Source: an uncultured candidate division Zixibacteria bacterium
Lineage (GTDB): Bacteria; Zixibacteria; MSB-5A5; GN15; FEB-12
DNA: 64,000 bases
NCBI GenBank assembly: GCA_963806185.1
Contig: CAWDXE010000001.1
Span: forward strand, 768,001 to 832,000
Reading direction: 5' to 3'
Shown here: positions 9,462 through 19,239 of the stretch, piece by piece
Layout of the letters: each line of letters begins with the position of its first letter
How positions within the stretch are numbered: position 1 is the first letter of the stretch
Notes under the pieces: generated by a model
Told to the model about the DNA's origin: nothing
Seen by the model: the letters and a program-made list of their open reading frames with translations, nothing else
Databases searched by the model: none
Made by a program: the position numbers and the translations under genes

Positions 9462-10749
9462 CACCGAGAAATCGCAGAAGATTATGACCCTCACATCGCG
9501 CGTCATCCCCGGCGGCGTCAACTCACCCGTCCGCGCGTTCAAATCTGTCGGCGGCACACCCCGGGTTATCGACCGAGGTGAAGGCGCCTATCTGTATGAC
9601 GTCGACGGCAACAAGTATCTCGACTTCTGCTGCTCCTGGGGGCCGCTCATTCTCGGGCACGGCGATCCGGATGTGGTCGCTGCCGTCAAAACACAGGTCG
9701 ATCGCGGCATGACCTTTGGCGCCTCAACCGAACTCGAGTATCAACTGGCCGAGTTTATCGTCGCTCACGTCGAGCCGGTCGAGAAGATACGCTTCGTTTC
9801 CTCTGGCACCGAGGCGGTCATGTCCGCTATACGGCTGGCCCGCGGTTTCACCAAACGCGATCTTATTCTCAAATTCGACGGCTGCTACCACGGCCACAGC
9901 GATCACCTGTTGGTGAAAGCCGGTTCAGGTCTGGTGACTTTCGGCAATCCGTCATCTGCTGGCGTTCCCGAGGCAATTACCAGTAACACCGCTGTCCTGC
10001 CGCTCGACGATGAGGACGCCCTTGAGAAATTTTTCGCCCAGCACGGTGATCGTCTCGCAGCCGTTATCATCGAAGGCATACCCGCCAACAACGGTCTCTT
10101 GATTCAACGTCATGATTATATGCGCCTCTTGCGCGCCCTCACTGAAAAAGTAGGCGCACTGTTGATTCTCGACGAGGTCATAACCGGCTTCCGCCTCGGT
10201 TTTGGCGGCGCCACCGCCTATTACGGCATTCGTCCCGATCTCGTCACCTACGGCAAAGTCATCGGTGGCGGTATGCCGGTCGGCGCCTTTGGCGGCCGTG
10301 CCGACATTATGGATTTGCTCTCCCCGCTCGGCCCGGTCTATCAGGCCGGTACGCTGTCCGGGAATCCGGTCGCTATGACCGCAGGCTTGACCACTCTCAG
10401 GAAACTGGCCGACGGAAGGATATACGCCCACCTCGAGTCGCTCAACCGCCGCTTCGTATCCACTCTCATGGGCAAGGTGGCAAATCACACTGTCAACGTC
10501 GCCGGTGTCGGCTCGATCTACTGGATCGTATTTCAGAAAGATCTTCCCCGCGCGGCTCACGCGATCAGCACCGACGGCATCGGCCACTACAACCGGATGC
10601 ACGACCGCATCCTGCAAGCCGGCATCTATCTGCCGCCCTCAGGCTACGAAGTCTGCTTCCTTTCGGCCGCTATGAATGAGGCGGTGCTCGATCAGGCTGC
10701 GGATACGCTGGCCGCAGGAATCCGTCAGGAGGCTCACGTATGGGCATGA
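9454..10749 (+). CDS. hemL: Glutamate-1-semialdehyde 2,1-aminomutase
   Basis: PGGVNSPVRAF, SSGTEA, KFDGCYHGH, DEVITGFR, GKVIGGG and YQAGTLSGNP. Confidence 0.97.
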   Translation: MHSTEKSQKIMTLTSRVIPGGVNSPVRAFKSVGGTPRVIDRGEGAYLYDVDGNKYLDFCCSWGPLILGHGDPDVVAAVKTQVDRGMTFGASTELEYQLAEFIVAHVEPVEKIRFVSSGTEAVMSAIRLARGFTKRDLILKFDGCYHGHSDHLLVKAGSGLVTFGNPSSAGVPEAITSNTAVLPLDDEDALEKFFAQHGDRLAAVIIEGIPANNGLLIQRHDYMRLLRALTEKVGALLILDEVITGFRLGFGGATAYYGIRPDLVTYGKVIGGGMPVGAFGGRADIMDLLSPLGPVYQAGTLSGNPVAMTAGLTTLRKLADGRIYAHLESLNRRFVSTLMGKVANHTVNVAGVGSIYWIVFQKDLPRAAHAISTDGIGHYNRMHDRILQAGIYLPPSGYEVCFLSAAMNEAVLDQAADTLAAGIRQEAHVWA

Positions 10750-11768
10750 ATGAGACACCGTTCATCAAAGCCTGCTGGCGCAAGAACGACGGCCAGATTC
10801 CAGTATGGATTATGCGCCAGGCCGGGCGTTACCTTCCCGAGTACCGGGCTATCCGCGAACGCGTGAGCTTTCTGCAGTTGTGCAAGACGCCCAGTCTCAT
10901 CGCTGAAGTCGCTCGTCAGCCCGTTCACCGGTTCGGTCTTGATGCGGCCATTCTCTTTTCCGATATCCTCACTTTGCTTGAACCGATGGGTGTCACCGTT
11001 ACTTTCCCCGACACCGGCGGTCCCACCCTTGGCAACGGCGTCAGCACGCCGGCCGACGTTGACCGACTCACTGACGTCGATATCAGCGCCAGTTTCCCGT
11101 TTGTTGTCAACGGCCTCAGGGAAATCAAGAAGGTCCTGCCCGATACTCCGCTCATCGGCTTTGCCGGCTCGCCGTTTACGCTCGCCTGCTACTTGATTCA
11201 GGGCAAGGGATCGCATACGTTTGACAAGCCCAAGCAGTTCATCCACAAGTACCCTGCCGCCGCCGAAAAATTGATCAATCTGTTGACCGACATCACCGCC
11301 CGTTATCTCGACGCTCAAATCGAGGCCGGCGCCGATGCCGTTCAGATCTTTGACAGTTGGGGAGGCGTTCTCTCCAAAGACGACTATGTCGACTGGTCCG
11401 CCCGCGCCAGCAATGAAATATTCGGCCGGTTGAAATCGCGCGGCGTTCCTCGTATCTTGTTTGTGAATAACATCGCTCCATATTTGAACGTCGTGAGTGA
11501 TATCGATTGCGACGTGGTCGGCGTCGACTACCGCATCGATTTGGCCGAGGCTGCCGCCGCTTTGCCCGACAAGGCCCTGCAGGGAAATCTCGATCCCACC
11601 GTGCTTTTCGGTACTCGCCAACACGTGATCGAGCGGACTCTGGACATTCTCGAATCGCTGGAACGACACGACAATCTGATTTTCAACCTCGGCCATGGAA
11701 TCCTTCCGGAAACACCGGTCGAATCGGTCGAGGCAATTGTGGAAACGGTGCACCAATACCGGAGATAA
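10746..11768 (+). CDS. hemE: Uroporphyrinogen decarboxylase
   Basis: PVWIMRQAGRYLPEY, DAAILFSDIL, QGNLDP and FNLGHG. ATGA overlap with hemL. Confidence 0.97.
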   Translation: MNETPFIKACWRKNDGQIPVWIMRQAGRYLPEYRAIRERVSFLQLCKTPSLIAEVARQPVHRFGLDAAILFSDILTLLEPMGVTVTFPDTGGPTLGNGVSTPADVDRLTDVDISASFPFVVNGLREIKKVLPDTPLIGFAGSPFTLACYLIQGKGSHTFDKPKQFIHKYPAAAEKLINLLTDITARYLDAQIEAGADAVQIFDSWGGVLSKDDYVDWSARASNEIFGRLKSRGVPRILFVNNIAPYLNVVSDIDCDVVGVDYRIDLAEAAAALPDKALQGNLDPTVLFGTRQHVIERTLDILESLERHDNLIFNLGHGILPETPVESVEAIVETVHQYRR

Positions 11769-11770
11769 CC

Positions 11771-13168
11771 ATGCACGGCGAACAGTCCGCCACTACCGTC
11801 CCAGTTGAACTGCTGAAGAAATACGACCGCTCCGGGCCGCGCTACACCAGCTATCCCACCGTCCCGATCTGGTCGGACAAAACCGGACCGGTCGACTATG
11901 CCGAGGCATTGCGCAATGCCTCGCAACATACCGCCACACCGCTGGCACTCTATTGCCACATCCCGTTCTGCAGACACCGCTGTTACTACTGCGGCTGCAA
12001 TACGGTCATCACCAATAGCCAGACGCGCATTGAATCGTACATCGAAACTCTCGTGAAGGAGATCGACAACACGGCTGAACTTCTTGGCGGGCGCAACAAA
12101 GTGAGTCAACTGCATTTCGGCGGCGGCACCCCCACTTTCATCGACACCTCCGGTCTCGCCATCGTCCTCCAGGCCCTTGATAAACGATTCACGTTCACGG
12201 CCAACTGCGAACGATCGATGGAGATCGACGCCCGCGTCACCACCAACAAGCAAATTGACTTTCTGGCCGCCTGCGGCTTCAATCGCCTTTCCATCGGCGT
12301 ACAGGATTTTGACCCCATCGTCCAGCAGGCTGTCGGCCGAGTGCAGGGCGAGGAGGAAATCGTCCGCATCCTCGACCGGGCCCGCCAACTGCATTTTTCC
12401 GGAATCAACTTCGATCTGATCTACGGCCTCCCTCGGCAAACTTTGGAAGGCTTCAGCGCCACAATCGACAAGACGATCGCCCTGCGTCCCGATCGGATCG
12501 CCCTCTATTCCTTTGCCTACCTGCCGGGGCAGATGGCACACCAATCAAAGATTCGCCTCGAGGACTTACCCGCCACCGAACTGAAATACCGCCTCTTCGC
12601 GACGGCGATTGAGAAATTCACCGCTGCCGGCTACCGCCAGATCGGCATGGATCACTTTGCTCTGCCGGACGATGAACTGTCGGTCGCACAGTCCGACGGA
12701 CGCCTCTTCCGTAACTTTATGGGGTATACTGTTCAGGCAGCGCCTGAGATGATCGGCCTTGGCATGTCGGCGATCGGTTACATCGACGAGGCCTTTTTCC
12801 AGAATCATCACAAACTCGATTCCTATCAGAACTCAATTGCGCAGGATAAATTTGCCATCTTCCGGGGCCTGAAATTGACGCCCGATGACCTGATTCGCCA
12901 GTACCTCATCACCCAGCTCATGTGCAATTTCCAGGTCCGGTTCTCCGAGCTGGCCGCCAGATTCGGCGTGCAGTACAACGAATACTTCGCCGATGAGCAC
13001 AGCCGCCTGAATGAGTTTTTCGACGATCACCTTCTGCGCGAGGTGCCCGGCGGTCTGGAGATCACGCCACTTGGACGGACCTTCGTTCGGAATATGGCGA
13101 TGACGTATGATTCCTATTTTAACCGCAACCAGTCGGGCAAGCAGCCGACTTTTTCGCGGACAATCTGA
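11771..13168 (+). CDS. hemN: Oxygen-independent coproporphyrinogen III oxidase (radical SAM)
   Basis: GPRYTSYPT, HIPFCxxxCxYCGC, GGGTP, GMDHFA, RNFMGY and C-terminal FSRTI. These mark true HemN rather than HemW. Confidence 0.96.
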   Translation: MHGEQSATTVPVELLKKYDRSGPRYTSYPTVPIWSDKTGPVDYAEALRNASQHTATPLALYCHIPFCRHRCYYCGCNTVITNSQTRIESYIETLVKEIDNTAELLGGRNKVSQLHFGGGTPTFIDTSGLAIVLQALDKRFTFTANCERSMEIDARVTTNKQIDFLAACGFNRLSIGVQDFDPIVQQAVGRVQGEEEIVRILDRARQLHFSGINFDLIYGLPRQTLEGFSATIDKTIALRPDRIALYSFAYLPGQMAHQSKIRLEDLPATELKYRLFATAIEKFTAAGYRQIGMDHFALPDDELSVAQSDGRLFRNFMGYTVQAAPEMIGLGMSAIGYIDEAFFQNHHKLDSYQNSIAQDKFAIFRGLKLTPDDLIRQYLITQLMCNFQVRFSELAARFGVQYNEYFADEHSRLNEFFDDHLLREVPGGLEITPLGRTFVRNMAMTYDSYFNRNQSGKQPTFSRTI

Positions 13169-14127
13169 TGCCTGAACAGTCTCCAAAAGCCTGTGTGATC
13201 CTTCTCGGCATGGGAGGGCCGTCGTCGCTTGCCGATATTCGCCGCTTCCTGATCAACATCTTCTCCGACCGTTCTATTATCCGCCTTCCCGGGGGAGCGC
13301 TTCTGCAAAAACCGTTCGCCCACATGATAGCTGCACTACGCACGAAGAAGGTCCAAGCTCATTACGACATGATCGGTGGTTCTTCACCGCTACTCAAATG
13401 GACTGAATCACAATTAGGACATATTGAGAAACTGATGCGGCCGGAGATTGCCAAATTTCGCGGCTATGTCGGGATGCGATATTTCCATCCCCTCACTGAA
13501 GTCGCTGTACGGCAGGCGTACGATGACGGGTATCGCGTCATGTACTTCCTCCCCATGTACCCGCAGTATTGTCGCGCAACTACCGGCTCATCGTTCGAGG
13601 CCGTCAGCCGGGCGCTGCGCGGCTTGGGTGGTGTGACCCCCATCTTTATCAAGGACTTTCACGATCATCCCGGCTATATCACCTTGCTGCGCGAATACAT
13701 TGACAGGCACATTCAGCCGGATGAGACCCTGCTTTTTTCTGCGCATTCGATACCGCAGAAATTTGTCGACGAGGGCGACCCGTATGTCGATCAGGTGCGA
13801 CGAACCGCCGCTCTCGCCGCCGGTAAACGAGTCTATCATGTATCATTCCAGAGTCGCACCGGTCCGGTCAATTGGGTTGGTCCGGACACCGTCGGCGAAT
13901 CGAAACGCCTGCTTGGTGAGGGGCATCGCCTTTTCATCGTCCCCATCAGCTTTGTCTGCGATCACATCGAAACACTTTATGAAATCGATATCGAGCTCCC
14001 TGAGATACTCAGGCGTCAGGGTGTTGAGCCAAGCATTCGTCGCATGCCGATGTTCAACGACGATCCCCGCTTCGGCGAGGCGCTGGCCGATCTGGTGCGT
14101 GAACGGATGGTGACCCATGCCCGTTAA
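13168..14127 (+). CDS. hemH: Ferrochelatase
   Basis: MGGP, GGSSPL, GMRY, LPMYPQY, FSAHSIP, FQSR and FVCDHIETLYEID. Confidence 0.96.
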   Translation: MPEQSPKACVILLGMGGPSSLADIRRFLINIFSDRSIIRLPGGALLQKPFAHMIAALRTKKVQAHYDMIGGSSPLLKWTESQLGHIEKLMRPEIAKFRGYVGMRYFHPLTEVAVRQAYDDGYRVMYFLPMYPQYCRATTGSSFEAVSRALRGLGGVTPIFIKDFHDHPGYITLLREYIDRHIQPDETLLFSAHSIPQKFVDEGDPYVDQVRRTAALAAGKRVYHVSFQSRTGPVNWVGPDTVGESKRLLGEGHRLFIVPISFVCDHIETLYEIDIELPEILRRQGVEPSIRRMPMFNDDPRFGEALADLVRERMVTHAR

Positions 14128-15487
14128 GGATGTTGTCATCGTCGGCGGCGGCATTTCCGGCCTGTCCGCCCTCCATTACATTCGCACGCTCAAACCCAAT
14201 TACTCAGTCACCCTCTACGAGGCCGAATCGCGTCTGGGCGGGACCATCGGTACCGATCATATCGACGGCTTCAGTTACGACTGGGGTCCCAATGGATTTT
14301 TGGATCGCGAGCCGCTCACTCTGCAGCTCTGCAAAGAACTTGGCCTCACCAATCAGCTCGAACGCGCCAATGCCAACGTCTCCAATCGCTTTATTCTCCG
14401 TGGCAACAAATTGCGAGCCGTCCCGATGACTCCGTTGGCTTTCCTGAAATCCGACATCCTCAGTTGGCCCGGCAAGCTGCGCATTCTGAAGGAACCGTTT
14501 GCCGCCAAAGCCCCAGTCGGTGTTGACGAGTCGATTTACGACTTCGGCCATCGGCGCATCGGCCGCGAAGCCGCGGATTACCTGATTCAGCCAATGGTAT
14601 CCGGCATTTATGGCGGCGTTGCCGGCCGCATGTCATTGGCTTCATGCTTCCCCACCATGCGTGAGATGGAAGTCGAATACGGCTCGCTTTTCAAAGCGAT
14701 GATCGCCAAAGCGAAAAAGGCCAAAGTCGAGGGAAAGAAATCCGGCGGCCCTGCCGGACCTGGCGGCTGGCTCACCTCGTTCTATGGCGGCCTGGAGCAA
14801 ATCATCAAACGGTTTCATGAATTGTACGACAGCCACATTGTCACGGGTAATGGCGTGAATTCAATCACCCGTCAGTATGGTAACTTTCTAGTTCAGTTGG
14901 CCAACGGCGAGTCAATCGAAACCCGTCAGGTGATCGTTGCCACACCGTCGTACCAGGCCGCGTCAATTATTCGGCCTGCCGGTGCCGCTCTTGCTGAAGC
15001 TCTTGCCTCCATCCCGTACGCTCCGATTGCGGTTGTCTGCCTCGGCTTTCCTGCAGGAGCCGTGCGGCATTCGTTGAACGGCTTCGGCTTTCTTGTTCCG
15101 TCCAGGGAAAATCGCCGCATCCTCGGCTCGATCTGGACCTCGTCGATTTTCAAAGACCGTGCCCCGCAAGGCTCTGTCCAGCTCCGCTGTATGGTTGGGG
15201 GTGATGGTGATCATGACTCGGCCAATCTGGCGGAAGAAGAGTTGATCAGGACCGTGCTGAAAGACCTTGACGATATCCTCGGCATCGACGGCGATCCCCA
15301 AAGCCTCAAGATCTATCGCTGGACACATGGTATACCGCAGTACCGCGTCGGTCACGGTGCAATTCTGAAGAAGATCGAGTCTCAACTTGGGACAATCCGG
15401 GGTCTGCACCTCGCCGGGAACGCCTACTATGGCATCGGTCTCAACGATTGCGTCAAGCAGGCGTACAAAATCGCCCTCAACACCTGA
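14117..15487 (+). CDS. hemY: Flavin-dependent (proto)porphyrinogen oxidase, HemY type
   Basis: GGGISGL FAD motif, RLGG, GFGFLVP, IPQY and GIGLNDCV. Confidence 0.93.
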   Translation: MPVKDVVIVGGGISGLSALHYIRTLKPNYSVTLYEAESRLGGTIGTDHIDGFSYDWGPNGFLDREPLTLQLCKELGLTNQLERANANVSNRFILRGNKLRAVPMTPLAFLKSDILSWPGKLRILKEPFAAKAPVGVDESIYDFGHRRIGREAADYLIQPMVSGIYGGVAGRMSLASCFPTMREMEVEYGSLFKAMIAKAKKAKVEGKKSGGPAGPGGWLTSFYGGLEQIIKRFHELYDSHIVTGNGVNSITRQYGNFLVQLANGESIETRQVIVATPSYQAASIIRPAGAALAEALASIPYAPIAVVCLGFPAGAVRHSLNGFGFLVPSRENRRILGSIWTSSIFKDRAPQGSVQLRCMVGGDGDHDSANLAEEELIRTVLKDLDDILGIDGDPQSLKIYRWTHGIPQYRVGHGAILKKIESQLGTIRGLHLAGNAYYGIGLNDCVKQAYKIALNT

Positions 15488-15513
15488 TCGCAGCACCTCG
15501 CCAATGGAAATCG

Positions 15514-15546
15514 AAAAGGCCCTGCGGGCATTCAGCCGGCAGGGCC
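15514..15546. terminator. Hairpin between convergent hemY and qNor genes, probable intrinsic terminator
   Basis: Stem GGCCCTGC/GCAGGGCC with AAAA on the left, which is the U-tract for the minus strand. Confidence 0.7.
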
Positions 15547-15567
15547 CCTCTTGGATTCAATGATTGA

Positions 15568-17869
15568 CTACCGGCCTGTGCGAGGCCCGGCTGCAGGCGT
15601 CCCCGGATTATCCGGGATCAGGTCACCTTTGGCGGTCCGCTTCAGCGAATGCCCGGTCGCCAGACCAAAGATAAACAGCGCCATCGTAACTGCGCCGACG
15701 GCAAAGATCGTGTCGCCGATCGCTCGCAGCCATTTAAACACCATCACTGCTGGTGAGTAGAGAAACTCTCCGGATCGGGCGAACCAGTAGCCATGCTGCA
15801 CCGACGCCCAGGTCTGCATGAAACCCACGGGTAGGACGCTCAACAGAACCATGAGGAGCAAACCGCCGTTAATACTCCAGAATGCAAACCTGATCACGTT
15901 GTCCTTCCACTCGCTGCGCACATAGAGCACGCGCAGACAGAAGAGCATGAGTCCAAGACCCAGCGTCCCGTACACCCCGTACAGGGCCGTATGGGCGTGA
16001 ACCGGTGTCGTGTTCAGTCCCTGCATGTAGTAGAGCGCGATCGGCGGGTTAATCATGAATCCAAACAGCCCTGCGCCGACCATGTTCCAAAATGCCACGG
16101 CCACAAAAAAGTAGATCGGCCACTTGTACTTCTGGACCCATGGCGTCGAACGCGCCAGTCGAATATTGTCCCAGGCCTCGAACCCGATAATCGTCAACGG
16201 CACAACTTCAAGCGCACTGAATACCGCCCCCAGTGCCATCACCGCCGTCGGCGTACCCGAGAAATACAGGTGATGAAGTGTGCCGATGATCCCACCGGTA
16301 AGAAAGATCGTCGTTGAGAACAGCACCGATGCATTCGCGGTCGACAACCTGATCAACTGCAGTCGTGCGAAGAGGAAGGCGATCACCACCGTGGCGAAGA
16401 CCTCAAAGAACCCTTCCACCCAAAGGTGAACCACCCACCACCGCCAGTACTCGACTATTGAAAGGTGTGTATTCTTGCCGTACATCAGTCCGGCCATGTA
16501 GAAATGCGCCGATAGCGATCGACGATATCAGGAACATCGTCATCAACGGCTTTTGCGGCCCCCCCTGTTTGATTGCCGCCACGATGCAGCGGCCTACCAT
16601 GAAAACCCAGAGCACCAGCCCGATCAACAGGAAGACCTGCCAGAATCGGCCGAGATCGATATACTCGTACCCCTGATGGCCGAACATGAACGAGGCATCC
16701 GCCGATAATTTCTGTTTCACACTCAGCCACTCGCCGGCCATCGATCCCAGGACAATCACCAGCAAAGCGGTGAACAGGAAATTCACGCCAAACCGCTGAA
16801 ATTTCGGCTCACTGCCGGACACCGCCGGGCCTATGTAAAGTCCTGCTGCCAGCCAGGCCGTGGCTATCCAGAAAATCCCCAGTTGGGTGTGCCAGGTACG
16901 GGCAACCGAGTACGGAAGATACTGCGCCAGCGGTATGCCGTAGAATCCGTCCCCCTCAACACCGTAGTGCGCGACGATCACTCCCATCACGATCTGAAGG
17001 AGGAACAGTCCGGACACCACCCAGAAGTATTTGACTACTGCCTTTTGTGATGGCGTCGGTTTGAAGGCGATCAACGGATCATCGCCGGGTATTCGTTCCG
17101 CCAGCGGTTCCTTCGCCTGCGAGGCATGATACCAGACCAACAGTCCGACGCCGGCCAGCAGCATGATGATTGAAAATCCGGTCCAGATGATCGCGTCGCT
17201 GGTCGGCTCATTCCCCACCAGGGACTCGTGGGGCCAGTTTGACGTATAGCTGATATCCTCACCGGGGCGGTTGGTTGACGCTGCCCACGATGACCAGAAA
17301 TAGAAAGCCGTCAGCTGGCGCAGCTTCTCCGGATTGTTCAACGTGCCGGCCGGGATGGCCGCCCGCGTATCCCCCTTCGAGTACACCTCGGTGTAATGAT
17401 TGAAGTTCGCTTCAAAGGCCTCTGCCCGCACCGGATCAAGCACCAGTCGATTGGTGCTCGCATCGTAGGTGTTCGTACGCATCAGCTTCTTTAACCGCGC
17501 TGCATACACCGCCTTCTGATCATCCGACAGTTGATCGTACGGTTTGCCGTCGCTTTCGTTCGCCCAACGGTCCAGTATATAGGTAGCTTCCCGGTGAAGG
17601 TAATCGGCCGACCAATCGGGCGCCACATAACTGCCGTGACCCCAGACTGAACCCTGCTCCATTCCTCCCATGGCCTGCCAGACATTCTGCCCTACCGTGA
17701 TCTGGCCGGAACCGATAATCACCCGACCATCGCTGGTTACCACCTGATCCGGAATCGGCGGCTTCTCCTGATATATCCTGAGGCCCGCCCATCCCAGAAC
17801 GAGAAATGAGGTCACTACGACCACGGCAAAGGCTAACCAGTACTTGCGAAGATTCTGCTGTTGAACCAT
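15568..17869 (-). CDS. norB: Quinol-dependent nitric oxide reductase (qNor), split by a 1-nt frameshift near 16503
   Basis: WGHGSYVAPDW, RTWH, GYEYIDLGR, YWRWWVVHLWVEGFFE, GTLHHLY and TPVHAHTALYG. Removing one base at 16502-16504 joins AIGAF to YMAGLMYG. Confidence 0.93.
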
Positions 17870-17895
17870 GACGAGTCTCTCCAATCCCTCTCTGC

Positions 17896-18522
17896 TTACC
17901 GCGTTGGCGATGTTTGGTGAGCGCAGCCACAGCCACCCGGGCCATGGACTGGAGTCAAGTGTGTGTGCGGGACATTATACTTCTTCGCCAGGGCAAAGGC
18001 CAGATCCAGAAACTTCTCGTGCGTGCCCACACCCATGTGATCGGTCTCGACATGGTCAAATTTCGCGTTCACCTGCGCCACATCGGCTTCGCTCATGACC
18101 CGATCTGCCATCGGAAACAGAATATTGTCTTCCTTAAAAATGTGCCCTCGAAGAAGCGTGACATATCCGCGGGCGTTTCCCGTAAAGGTATCAATCGCTT
18201 CTTTTTCCCCTTCCGCAGCCGCGGCAATTGCACCGGCCATCCCGCGCACAAATTCCCGCCCCATCTCATGCTCGTGCAGCATGACGGCAATCGGGCCACC
18301 TTCGGCCGGTATGCCTTTCTCGATCAACGCCGGAAAGAGTTGCCCTTCTTCCTTTCCGTGATGACAACCATCCGCAAATGTCTTTATGAAATTGACCGCA
18401 TCAAGCGCGGCCTGCTGGTCAAGCTTCCCTGTTTCTTCAGCCTGATCGGCAATGGCATCCAGGCAATCGAGCACCACTTCGATGACTCGGTGTTCTGATT
18501 TCAGTACGTCAGTCGGTTTCAT
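17896..18522 (-). CDS. Hemerythrin (HHE) domain protein
   Basis: EHRVI, HHGKEExxLFP, EHEMGR and HIFKEDNILFP. Confidence 0.9.
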   Translation of the reverse strand: MKPTDVLKSEHRVIEVVLDCLDAIADQAEETGKLDQQAALDAVNFIKTFADGCHHGKEEGQLFPALIEKGIPAEGGPIAVMLHEHEMGREFVRGMAGAIAAAAEGEKEAIDTFTGNARGYVTLLRGHIFKEDNILFPMADRVMSEADVAQVNAKFDHVETDHMGVGTHEKFLDLAFALAKKYNVPHTHLTPVHGPGGCGCAHQTSPTR

Positions 18523-18580
18523 TGTTTCTCCCTTGTATTAACTAATCACATGTAAATATCTTATTATATGTCAAAAAAAC

Positions 18581-18997
18581 TCATTCGGACCTGAGGCTAG
18601 CTTTCTTTGCCGCGAGGTCGGCCACAGTAGTCTCCTTGAGAAACCGTAAGTACTTTTCCCGTATATCTTTCCACTGATGATGCACGGCGCACGGCTGACC
18701 GTCCCGACAATTTCCGCCCATAAAGCAATTCCCCCAGCGACTTACCTTATCAATTGGCTCTACAATATCGAAGAGCGATATCTTTGCGGCAGGTTTGGCC
18801 AATCTGAAGCCACCGTTAAAGCCCTTTTGTGATTCAAGTAATCCATTCTCCGCCAATATCTTAAGTAGCTTCCCCAGGTAGTTTTGGGGAGCCCTTATCT
18901 CCTTGGCAATGAAGGCCGCTCCAGCGTATTCCTGGGGCGCCAGTCCGGCCAGAAGGCTTAGGGCGAGCGAAGCGTGTATGCTGGTCTTGGATATCAT
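18581..18997 (-). CDS. Rrf2 family Fe-S transcriptional regulator (NsrR/IscR-like)
   Basis: YLGKLL, SQKGFNGGFRLAKP, ISLFDIV and three Cys in CFMGGNCRDGQPCAVH. Confidence 0.92.
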   Translation of the reverse strand: MISKTSIHASLALSLLAGLAPQEYAGAAFIAKEIRAPQNYLGKLLKILAENGLLESQKGFNGGFRLAKPAAKISLFDIVEPIDKVSRWGNCFMGGNCRDGQPCAVHHQWKDIREKYLRFLKETTVADLAAKKASLRSE

Positions 18998-19019
18998 ATT
19001 TAAGCTCTTTTCACATGTT

Positions 19020-19048
19020 TTTATACGATTACTTATCGGAAAAGTCAA
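19020..19048 (-). promoter_or_regulatory. Sigma70-type promoter of the Rrf2-hemerythrin-qNor unit
   Basis: TTGACT-N17-TATAAA on the minus strand, ending about 22 nt before the Rrf2 ATG. Confidence 0.7.
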
Positions 19049-19239
19049 GTATTTCTTTAGAGATTTTTTGGCTGACCTTACCCGTCCGCCGGCGGAATGT
19101 TTGGATCAATCTACTCTATCTCTGCCGGCGCGCCTCATCTGATCGAGTCTGGCGACCAGAATCCTCTTGCCCCCGCCGGGCCCGGATATTTGTTTGCCTC
19201 GAATAATATCACCACATCGCATGCCGACAGGAGTCGTCT

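Noticed and set aside
5559..12544. Long antisense ORFs over hemA, hemE and hemN (also over ettA, fumC and others)
   Set aside because: They are shadows of GC-rich codon usage on the opposite strand and show no motifs.
16490..16510. Programmed frameshift or pseudogene in qNor
   Set aside because: There is no slippery heptamer, both halves are fully conserved, and the same single-base insertions hit essential genes. A sequencing error is more likely.
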